This document shows positions 27,220-37,914 of a stretch of DNA of 64,000 nt, in pieces (position 1 is the stretch's first letter; each line of letters begins with the position of its first letter). The translations under genes and the position numbers were made by a program. Location: positions 62,001 through 126,000 of the forward strand of contig NW_003314357.1 in assembly GCF_000143415.4 (NCBI RefSeq), read 5' to 3'. A model generated the notes under the pieces. It saw only the letters and a list, made by a program, of their open reading frames with translations, did not search any database and was not told the origin of the DNA. Origin of the DNA: Selaginella moellendorffii (taxonomy: Eukaryota > Plantae > Lycopodiophyta).

Positions 27220-28886
27220 TGTAAGCGACTAAATTTTTCATTCTACTTTAGTCATTTAACCACACCTACGACCATTTGGAGGAGTCTTACTCACAACCTC
27301 CATAAGTCCTATTTTGGACTTAGGGACTTGCTAGCCCCAAGAATGGCATTCATGCCACTCAACCATTGCATTTGGTCCAAGTGCTCCACGTGTCCGATCC
27401 CATGACCAACACCCCAAGGTACCACCGACATATCAGCTTGTTATGCTAAGGCCATGCCCATTCACCTTGGTCACACCAGTGGTCTAACACCACCTACATC
27501 ACAGTCCCATCTCTCAAAGACTAAGCTATCCGTCCATAAGTGATCATCCCAGATCCACTCCTTAGCATCCTTAGGATGCCCACGGACATGGGGAATAGCC
27601 TTCCCCAATATCCCTTTTCCGGTCCCCACCAAGTCCCTTTCTGCCTATGGCTGTTCGCCAACACTGCCACTAGATCGAGGCTTATAGTCCCAACCACTAA
27701 GTCCTATGGTCCTCTGGGACTTCCACACCACCCGATTGTATCCTTGGTCACTACACTAGAGGACTACTCCTCTTCCTTTCCACAGTCTGGGCTTTTGGGA
27801 CACCATTTCGGAACACCGTGGCCCTACGTAAGCCTCATAGGTACTCTCCCCACCTTCCACCTTTGGGTGCTTTAGCCATGGGCTTAAAGCGAGGTTCCGT
27901 TGAGCCATGCTAGGTATCCAAGTAGGTAGTGCCACCCACACTTAGACTGGGAGCATCGACCATTCAATCTCCCAGGGGAACTAAAGCCGGCTCTTGAACA
28001 CTTCACCAAGCTACCCTGCTTGTTAGTCCGTATTCACTTTAGCTTTGGACTTCCCAGTGGTTATCCCATCACCCAACACCTAGGTACTGCCTTCCTGGGA
28101 CAAACTGGCCTTTCCTGGCCAAACTAGCTCCATTGAAGTCCTCCCCCCTATTGGAACTTTTGGAGCTCACCAAACCCCCTAGGGTCTGGGAGACAAACAC
28201 TTTGGGTTTTCACCCCTCAGACTCGAACTCGGACTCGGACTCGGACTTGGACTCGGACTCGGGATTGGGCTCGGTCTCAGCCTCAACCTCGGTCTCGGTC
28301 CCAGTCTCGGTCTCGGTCTCGGTCCTGGTCTCGGTCTCGATCTCGACTTCAGACTCCATCCTGGGTCCTTCTCGGACTCCATCTTGGATTCCATCTCGGA
28401 CTCCATCTCGGGTCCATCTCGGACTCCATCTCGGGTCCATCTCGGACTCCATCTCGGGTCCATCTTGGGTCCATCTCGGACTCCATCTCGGGTCTATCTC
28501 GGACTCCATCTCAGACTCCATCTCGGGTCCATCTCGGACTCCATCTCGGTCTATCTCGGACTCCATCTCGGACTCCATCTCGAGTCCATCTCGGACTCTA
28601 TCTCGGACTCTATCTCGGACTCCATCTCAGGTCCATCTCGGACTCCATCTCAAACTCCTCCACGTGTCATGTGTTGGTCCTCTTGTGTCCCCTTTTTAGA
28701 GACTCACTTATTGCTTGCTTCATGCTTGTTCCTCGAGCACGTTATTGAGAGTTCCACTCCCGCTCTCGACCTTTCAAGTCAGAGCTTTTAGTCCAAACGT
28801 GTTACGCTTGTTTGGCTTTCGCTTCAGCCACTACCACGTGGCACCCTTTCGGCTCCACTTTGGGGCCTAGGGATTTGTGTCTCACA
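27220..28886 (-). repeat. 5' LTR
   Basis: tgtaagcgact...gtctcaca followed by TSD ccgac. Confidence 0.9.
28215..28660. repeat. Same 6/12-bp tandem arrays inside the other LTR
   Basis: Directly visible; unit order differs from the first LTR. Confidence 0.95.
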
Positions 28887-28889
28887 CCG

Positions 28890-29670
28890 ACCAACTTAAA
28901 ACATAACTAACTCCTGCTTGCATGTCTGTCTTTGTTTTGCATTTGATTTGGGTCTAAGCATAAGTTCCACACCATGCTAGCTAGTGGAGTACCCTTATCC
29001 TTGCATTATGCCACCAGTATGCTGAAATAGCATTAGACTCCGTTTGCTCTATTTTGTGTGTTAGTCCTGGCATTGGGATGTTGGAAACTTCAAAACTGTT
29101 CCAAGTTGCTCTATGCTCCTGTCCTTCCACTCCTATAAGGTTCCAAATATATAGTAAGGATAGTGGCTAGGTCGGGCATGGCTGACTAACCTAAAACATA
29201 GTTTAGCTCTTGCTTGCATGCTTGTCTTTATTTTGCGTCCAACTTGGGTCTAAGCCTCCATACCATACTAGTTGGTGGAGTACCCATATCTTTGCGTTAA
29301 GCCACCAGTATGCTAAAATAGTATTAAACTCTGTTTGCTCTGTTTTGTATATTGGTCTTGGCATCGGGATACTGAAAGCTCTAGGACTATTTCAAGTCAC
29401 TCCATGCTCTTGTCCCTTCACTCCTTGGGTTCTATGCTTAGGATTCACTTCATGCTTCTGCTCTTTGGCTACAAGTTAGGGAGTTTGGCTTCGTTCCTAA
29501 ATTCAATGGCCCAAGGTCTTGAAATTTGAGTTCCATTCCACTGTCCTTTGGACACGTGGCATGTGGCACATGGCATATAACATGTGGCATATAGAGGGTT
29601 TAGGTTCTACTTCTTGGTTATCCTATGGTAAATCATCATAGGATAAAGGGTAAAAACTATATACATTATA
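28890..29670. repeat. Interspersed repeat (probable LTR-like sequence) with an internal ~290 bp tandem duplication
   Basis: 28890-29130 resembles 29185-29420; the same family occurs at 60900-61371. Confidence 0.7.
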
Positions 29671-30932
29671 GAAAGATAATTAAAAATAACAAAAAATTCC
29701 CTTGCTAGTAGATTGGTGGTATATAAGGGTGGTAAGATGGGGGAACCTCCTTCTTAAGGTTTGGTTCCAAATAGTGTTTCATAGAAGTTTTGTAAAAATT
29801 ATGCTTAACATTGATGGTATTACTTTTATTCCAGAGATGAAACATACAAGCTGGTTGGCCACACAACTATACTAAAAGAAGATTAGCTTGTATAATATAT
29901 GTTGTGATGACTTGTCAGAGGTCTTGTTTCAATGCATCAGTTATAAATTGTGTCTAGAGCAAAGATACATAGGATTGGGTCTAGAAGCTTTACTCAAGGA
30001 AAAGTGGCAAACCAGGAAGTGCTAGGAAACAAGTAGCAAATGTAGCAGACTTTAACAAAGATGCTCATGTTATAAATATTTATGTTGGATTAGAGTGGCT
30101 ACAGTGGGGACCAGAAAACAATGTATAGGAAGCATACAACAACAGATTCACATACTATTGCTGACACAGGCTAGAATTTATCAACGTTAATGTGCCGGTT
30201 TGTGATTTTTCATCAAGAAAGAATTTGAACTTCAATGACAATGAAAAATCATAACAATGAATGAACTTTATGACTTTACATCATATACCAAACAAGAAGG
30301 TCACATGCTATTGTCACTTGGAATGCAAGAAGAGAAGATGCATGAAGGAACTTTCAAGGAATATAGTGGCACCATGTGTCATAAGTTTTAGTACATACAA
30401 GGACATTAGAACACTCTAAATATTTTGGTTCTATAGTGATAATGTCCTCCACAACTGAAACCAGGTACAATATTGTTGAATTTGGTGATCCACCAAAAAA
30501 ATGGCCAAAGCTGTGCATAAATTTAATCCTCATACTAAATGAGAAATGACAAATTAATGATATCATTCCATTGTTAGCTGTGTTAAGAGAGATGATAGAA
30601 AATATCCTAGAAGAATATTTTTTTAGGATCTTTCATAAATGGCTGCTCTTAGGGTTTGAAGAATACCCAAATTTGAGAATCAATCTCCTTCAAAAACAAA
30701 AATGTTCCCTAATTGAAAGTTTCCACTTAAAATACTTTCCCCATGTAAACTCTTTTTTTGCCACTTAGAATGAGCTAGAAGAGCTTGTGAGTTTATTCAA
30801 GACATAAATGGGACAGGGTCATGAATTTCATTCTGATGACGCAGATACGGTTCTATGGGTCTTCAAGGCTAACTCCATCTCTGTGACCAAGGGTTTGATG
30901 GAGGACTTTTGAACCAAGAAAAGAAGATGGTT
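29670..30932 (+). repeat. Duplicate of 13035-14230, ending in a degenerate CR header copy (30770-30932)
   Basis: aataacaaaaaattcccttgctagtag...gaaccaagaaaagaagatggt is collinear with the first copy. Confidence 0.9.
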
Positions 30933-31270
30933 ATGTCAGGCCCTAGATATATCTGGGCCCCAATGTGTCTGGGCCCCGGATATGTCGGGCCCCAGATATG
31001 TCTAGCCCCGAATATGTTAGGCACTTGAATATATCCGGATATGTTGGGCCCTAGATATGTCTGGCACTCGATATGTCTGGCACTCGATATTTTCATACCC
31101 TAGATATGTCCGGGCCCTGATATCTCCAGGCCCCGGATATGTCAGACCCTCGATATGTTGGGCCCCGGATATGTCAGGCACCCAGATATGTCTAGCTCTT
31201 GATATGTTTGGCACTTGATATATCTAGCACTTCATATGTTTGGGCCCTGCCAGCCTAGATATATCCGAGT
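30933..31270. repeat. ~19-bp minisatellite (consensus ~GGCCCCGGATATGTCTG)
   Basis: Repeated gatatgtc/gatatatc cores spaced ~19 bp apart. Confidence 0.88.
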
Positions 31271-31839
31271 TTTATTTTGACATGTGGCATGCATTTGGCT
31301 TATTCTTATTGTTAAATTTTTATAGTTTTCAATGTGTGCCATATTGACACGTGGCATGCCCTTTGGCTTGTTATAGTTGGAGTTTAGTGTCCTTGACCTT
31401 GTATGCCATGTGACATACATATGTTTGTACTTGCTTGCCATGCCACATGGTGACATTCACAACACTTTATTATGTACTAGTTAATAACTAACAACACAAT
31501 CTGGAAAGTACACCTTACATTCACAATTGTAAGTGGTTTTTAAAGACCATACACTTAAATGCTATAGAATAATACTCAAAGTTTATTTGTTAAAACAATG
31601 ATTTTACAAAAATAATTGAGACTTGTAAAGAAAAATAATAAAAGAGGTCACTTAGACTTCTCGGGTGGTCATCTAGCTTAGTACTATTCAAGCCTAAAGA
31701 CACTTAACTTTGGAAGTTTAATGGGATCTAGTGCTATAGTCACAATTTGAACCCATTCTAAAACATTTCACACTCCCCCTACTCTTATAGTGTGGGACAA
31801 CTGATCCAAAGCTACAATGTACCTCCACAATCTTGTGTT

Positions 31840-32100
31840 CTTAGGTGCCAAAAAACATGCCCACAGAATGTGTGTACCTCCCCAACATTTCATGAAAACC
31901 ACACATTTTGGGACCTAAAACACACCCTACAAAATGTGGGGTACCTCCCCAACATTTCATGAGGACCGTGCGTTTTGTGCCCAAAAAAATGCTTGGTGAA
32001 ATCTGGGGTACCTCCCCAACTTTTTGTGAATAATCACACATTTTGGGCCCTAGAAAAAGCCCATGGAACACATGGCACTTGAAAAATCTTGTGTTTTAGG
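31840..32100. repeat. Degenerate ~65-70 bp tandem repeat
   Basis: Recurrent gtacctccccaac...tttcatga...cacattttgg units. Confidence 0.65.
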
Positions 32101-32569
32101 CCTCTAACTTTCCCCTCCTTTTTTTTCCCCTCCCTTCCTTCCATACCATGTGGCAGGCATGTAGGGCCTCCCCCCCCCCCTCCCTCATGCACACGCAGGC
32201 TGAGCACCTTCTCCACACACTTTGTCCATCACATGCTAGGTGGGGGCCCCTCCCCTTTCCTGCCGTGTGATGCTGGCCCTTGCCAAGTAGCCATGCTGCC
32301 CCCCAGGCTTGCCTCCCTTGGACACCAGAGGACCACATTGCTGCCTCCCTCCCCCTCGCTTGATAGGCATGCAGATGTGGTCCCAAGGCCATGCCTATAG
32401 ACGGCATAGCACAACTCTACCAAACATTGGAGTGGGTGCTAGGGAAGCCACATTGAGGCTCTCTCTGCAGCTGAGAACTTTTATCGCCAGATGCTTTATC
32501 TTATGTTTGTCATGTGATGGTGTTATAGACATGGTTTTGTCATCATTTGAGTAAAGTGGTCAACAAGTT

Positions 32570-33830
32570 TCAGTAGTTGGTTGCACATGCTAAAGCTCAA
32601 GATGTTGAGGTGATCTCTTATGAGACGAGATGGATGCACCTTTCTCATTGGTGCATGGGATTCTTTATTACAATAGCCGTGTATATTTGCCATGGATGGA
32701 TGTGTTAATTACTCAAGTTTTATTTTGCTATTATGATCGTCCAGAGGCCGGTCATTTTGGGGGGAAAAGACAAGATAAGCCTTCGGAATCATGGTAACCT
32801 GCCCCAGAGGCCGTGTGGCGGATGTGCCGGGGTCAGTGATTGATGGGGGTGGTTCGTTGGGTTTCGGGGGGAAAAGACGTATGAGTTGATTAAATACAAT
32901 TTTTTTGGAGGAATATGAAGGCTGATATCCTCAAGTATTGTAAATCATGTGAGCTTTGTCAACAAGTAAAGGTGCCATGGGAAAAGCCGAAGGGACTTTT
33001 GGAACCTTTACCTATTCCTCAGAGCTATTGATATAATATCTTTATAGACTTCATCACTTGTTTGCCATGAACACAAAGGCAAAAGGAGTAAATATAGGTT
33101 ATAGTGGATCAGTTGACAAAGTATATGCAGTTGTTAGCTCTATTAATGCCTCAAACTTGGCTACGGTCTATTTGGAGAAGGTTTTTCTTAATTTTTGTTT
33201 GCTAGAGGACATCATTACTGATCAAGATTCAAAGGTCATAAATGGATTTTGGAAGAGTTTTGCAAAGGCTATGTAAATGACTTTGAAACTCTCTAGTGAA
33301 GATCATCCTCAGACGGATGGGTAAACTGAGTGTGTGAATTAGGTGGTGGAGGATATATTATGTTGTAACGTTGGTTAAAAGCAAGGACAATGGAATTTAT
33401 ATTTTCCGTTGGTGCAATTTACTTACAACAATAGTTAACATGATGGAACTAAACTAAATCTTTACTTTGCCATGTTTGAAAAGCATCCCTGAACAATGGT
33501 GGAGTTGAGATTACATGTGAGTAAAGATGTTTAAAATAAGCTTAATTTAGATGCAACTAATCTAGCCACAGAACTTGATGAGATTCTGATGGTGTGCAAA
33601 TAAAATTTACAAGCAACTTAGGATAGAACAAAAAAGTTTGCTAATAAATATCACCAATTCTGAGAATATAAAATGGGTGATCTCATCTTTGTGTAAGTGA
33701 TCTTTCCATCAAGTGAGTAGCAAAACACCTTAGTGCTTTCATGGACAAGGAAGAGTGACAAACTTTTCTATCAATATGTTAGTCAATATAAAATGCTAGA
33801 GCACATTGGTAAAATGGCTTATTAAGTGTG
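32570..33830 (+). mobile_element. Decayed Ty3/Gypsy integrase region
   Basis: KSCELCQQVK, KPKGLLEPLPIP, IFIDFIT, HPQTDG*TE-VN and YNN motifs readable across stops. Confidence 0.8.
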
Positions 33831-34691
33831 CCTTCTGGTGAAACTCACAACCATTCATATGCTATTAATCTTAGCTGCAAAATTGGATCTTGAGTTCTTG
33901 GGACTGTCTTACACCACAGTTGTGCTATGTTGCCAAAAACCACATGTATGCAACATACAATGATAGTGTCCGATTACGAAGCCTGCAATCACATCAAAGA
34001 CACCAACTATGCCATTTGCATGTTAAGGATCGTCCTCTGTTGGGCTCTGTTGCTTGAACTAACTTTTCCATCTCTCAAGGCAGAGGCTGCAAAACGGTTG
34101 AGAGTGTGCCTGATGGAGCCACACGATGTAAGCTCACTGCATTTGTTTTCCAGCATTGTTTCAAGGAGCAGTACGAGAAGTGAAGACCAACAAGGACCAT
34201 GAAAGCTCTGGTTTCTCAGTTCCATCTCCAGATGGAATGAGGCTCTTCCCACCTCAGCATGTAAGAATCGTTTGGGAGTTTAAGGGTTTCCGTGATGCTG
34301 AAGAGTTATTGGACAGGGCTTATTGATGGTGGATGACAAGCAAACTTTAATCTTGAACATATAGTTTTTGAGCTGTGACTGCAGGAGAACATGTTATATA
34401 ACTGTCCTTCCATAACGCTTTCTTGAGAGGACGCAGCTTTCGACATATATGTACGCCTTCCAGATACAAGGTGACAGCCATCGAATCTTGAATCTTTCTC
34501 ATTGGTGGTACAAGCGTCTTATCTCGACCCTAGCCTCGCTCAGGTTCTCTGGTTTGGAGACGAAGTTGAGACCATTCCTGGCTCACCAGATGAAAGCGCT
34601 TGGATGTTGCCACCATTCTTGGCATGGCTAAGGACACATGCAAACCAGCGCTTGGAAGTTCATGTCCGGCGAAAAAACACTTTGTACCGAT

Positions 34692-37225
34692 TTACGTATC
34701 AAATCTCCTCCTCTGGTGTTGTCTGTGAAAACCATATAAGCATGTTGGAGCACAGTTGATATCAGATATAACTCACCTCTTTTGCTGGGAGTCCTTGTTG
34801 GAACTAGGAGGAGAATTTGTGTTTGTAGAAGCCGCCACAAATCCCCGTAGAGGAGGTGTACTTGTTGTAGAAGCGGCCACAAATCCCCGTAGAGGAGGTG
34901 TACTTGTTGTAGAAGCGGCCACAAATCCCCGTAGAGGAGGTGTACTTGTTGTAGAAGCGGCCACAAATCCCCGTAGAGGAGCACTAGCAGCAGCGACAGA
35001 TCCCGGTAGCACGGTGTTTGTAGCAGCACCTCCAGCACTCGATGACGCAGCAACGAAGCTGTCCTTGAAGCGTGTCATCATTGACGATGATGGGCTTGAG
35101 CTCGCTGCTCCCACTCCAGACGACTTTCTAGCCTGATGGACAGGCGCAGAAGGATTGCTCGAGGCATCCCGGCTGTAGCCAATTCCCAGGCCGTAATCAA
35201 CACCACGAACTCCACGACCTCCACCACCACCTCCTTTTCCCCGTCCCCCACCTCGGCCTCCTCTCCCTGAATGAAACAAACAAGCACATCACGTCTCAAG
35301 CCTTGACTTCCACTTGTTTTCTTTACCTTTGCCACCTTTCCTCCGCCCTTCCCGTTGGGCCCTGAAGCGTCCATCCTGCTCAGAGAAGAAAGCACCAGTT
35401 AAGCGAAGTATAGAAAGAATAAAGAGAAAAATTACCTTCATTGCTAAGTCCATAAGCTCGCTTGGAACGTTTTGCCCGGCGGCAACGAAGCCGTTCACGA
35501 GGTCTCCGGCAAAACGAGCCTCTTTCTGCGCCACCAAAGTGTAGGCAACTCCCTCCTTGTCACCAGCACGGCCTGTGCGCCCAACCCGATGGACATGAGT
35601 GTCCATGTCCTTTGCAGTGTCGTAGTTCACCACGGTTTTGATAGACTTGATGTCCAGCCCCCGCGCAGCCACGTCTGTTGCAACTAGAACGTGAAACTGA
35701 CCAGACTTGAATCCCTGAAGAACGTCCACCCGTGACGCTTGATCTTTGTCCCCGTGTAACGCCGCAACCTTGAAACCGCTGTCCTGGAGGTGTTTTTCCA
35801 GCTCTTCCACCCTCACTTTGGTTGAAGCAAACACGAGCACGTCCCCCGCATCCACCATCTGCGGAAGCTTGCTGAGCATCCACTGGAGTTTGTCTGCGTC
35901 GGTTGCGACGATTTGAGCTACTTGTGTGACGTCCTCGTTGGCTCTGCCGACTTCTCCAGCAGTCACACGCACGGGAGCCGAGAGAACTTCCCGTGCCAGA
36001 GTCTCGACTCTCCGAGGCATTGTTGCCGAAAAGAGAAGAGTTTGGCGGTCGGGTCGAATCTGTCCCACGATGGACCTGATTTGAGGCTCGAAGCCAAGAT
36101 CAAACATCCTGTCGGCCTCGTCCAAGACCAGATAAGTTGCCCGGAACATTGTCAGCGCTTTCATCTTGAGCATATCAATGAGCCTTCCCGGAGTTGCCAC
36201 AACTATTTCGCAGCCTGCCTTGAGCTCCTTGAACTGGTCGAGCTTGGACATTCCACCAAAGACGCCTGACACCCGGATCCCATAAGGCTTCGCAAACTTT
36301 CTCGACTCGTTGAAGATCTGCTGAGCCAGCTCTCGCGTAGGAGCACATATCACTCCGATAGGACCCTCGCCTTTACCCAGCTCCTCCTGATCCATGATGT
36401 GCACGATCATGGGCAGGACGAAGGCAGCAGTCTTGCCTGATCCAGTCTTGGCAATGCCGATGATATCACGTCCAGACAGAACGATCGGAAGAGCCTGGCA
36501 TTGAATGGGTGTTGGGTTCTCGTAACCCTGCTTGGTGATGGCACCCATAAGTAAGCTGTCCAAGCCAAGCTCTTTGAACTGCCTTACGGGCCGAGGAACA
36601 TCGAAGCCAGATGTTCTTACTCCAATGGACTGTCGATAGCTTGTGACATCCTCTTCGCTCAATCCTGGAAGAGGAACACAAGAAAACTTTGTTATAGGCA
36701 GAAGAAAAGATCTGCTACGTTACCTGAGATTGAAGCGTCCTCCTCGTAAAAATCCTTGTCGAAAGGAGCGTATTGGAGCTGGCTATGATCCAGAGGCGCG
36801 AGCGGGTCGATCTTCTTGCGATCCGCAGTGATAATGGCATTGTCGTCCGAGTCGTAATCCACCATGCCTTTCTCCACGGCTCTGGCAGCGGCATAGACCT
36901 CCTCGTCGGAATCATAGCCAGCGTGAAGCGCCTCGGCAGCCAGAGAGAGTCCAGCATCACGGCGAGCTTTGAGGAATGTCTCCATCGGATCATCCTCCTC
37001 CTCCTCCTCTTCCTGGATCCTGGAAGGCTTGCTGCCGGGTGTAGGGATCCTACTTACCTCCTCGTGAATGCCCTCCATGAATGCGTCGAGAGGATCCACT
37101 TCGTCCTCTCCATTTTCCCTCTCTGGCGCTGCTGGCGCTGCTGGCGCCGACGGCGATCGATCCTCCTCGTACTGGATGCTGTCCAGATCGTCGCCATCGT
37201 CCCATCCCAGCCTGCTGCGCTTCAT
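34692..37225 (-). CDS. RH24: DEAD-box ATP-dependent RNA helicase, RH24/DDX42-like
   Basis: Predicted exons 37225-36724, 36664-35436, 35375-35327, 35266-34777, 34722-34692. Motifs AKTGSGKT, PTRELA, TPGRL, DEAD, SAT, ARGLD, HRVGRTGR; DDX42-type DPLDAFM and GYDSDEEVY N-terminus; RGG tail. The last exon is less certain. Confidence 0.93.
34826..34990 (-). repeat. 42-bp coding tandem repeat (LRGFVAASTTSTPP, about 4 copies)
   Basis: Visible in DNA and in ORF 34773-35279. Confidence 0.92.
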
Positions 37226-37914
37226 CCTCGCCTAAAGAGAAATATATTTTAGGGTTCTTGAGAGCAATCTAGGTAGGGCTTTGGGCGATGGCTATGGCGT
37301 CGATACGAGCTGCGCAGAGAGCGGCGCCGCTGTTCCGGCAACGCTTCGTCTTCACGCAGAGCAATCTGGGGGCGGGCGCAGCGCTTCGAGCTTCCAATGC
37401 GGCTATCGCGCGGCTGAGGTAGAGCTTTCTTGTTTTGCTTGAGTGATTATGGTGAGATTGGGATTGTTCTTCCTTGGCGGCAGCACCACGGAGCAATCTT
37501 TGGATACTATGCTTCCCAAGCACAGCGCCAGGGCTGCTTCTCGCCTCGTCTCGTGCATTTCAATGGGCTCCGTGCGTCACGGTGCCGAGGGTGAGCAAAG
37601 TTTCTCCTTTGGTTTCCTTCTTTTCTAGATCATCAATGGAATTCTCTTGTTCGCGCAGGCTATTTCGTGCGCTACGTGAGTCCTTACTGAGGCTAAACCG
37701 GTACGGAAGAATGTGTACGTTAAGGTGGGTCAGCATTTTGTTTTTTCATAAAATTTTTAAAAAAGGTTTGGTCTGTTGCAACTTCTTCCGCTGTTCTTGA
37801 CGAGACTTTGCTTTGCTTTTGTGAGACCTGTGGACGCCGCCGGCCACCTCCGCTCCGCCAGCCCGGTGGACGAGCGCCGCCTCTCCTGCATGGGCTTTAA
37901 AGTGGAGGAGGAGA

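Larger units (their letters stand above)
21312..28886 (-). mobile_element. Full-length decayed Ty3/Gypsy LTR retrotransposon
   Basis: Two ~1.7 kb TG...CA LTRs (21312-23009, 27220-28886); perfect 5-bp TSD CCGAC (21307-21311, 28887-28891); purine tract gggtggtggagt on the minus strand next to 23009; degenerate tRNA-Met-like PBS next to 27220; internal ~4.2 kb has no long ORF. Confidence 0.9.

Noticed and set aside
30933-31270. Regularly spaced short repeats that could suggest a CRISPR array
   Set aside because: Units are head-to-tail with no unique spacers, no cas genes, and the context is eukaryotic; this is a minisatellite.
37269-37800. Short ORFs between the divergent helicase and OVATE genes
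   Set aside because: No family motifs; most likely 5' UTR/promoter sequence.
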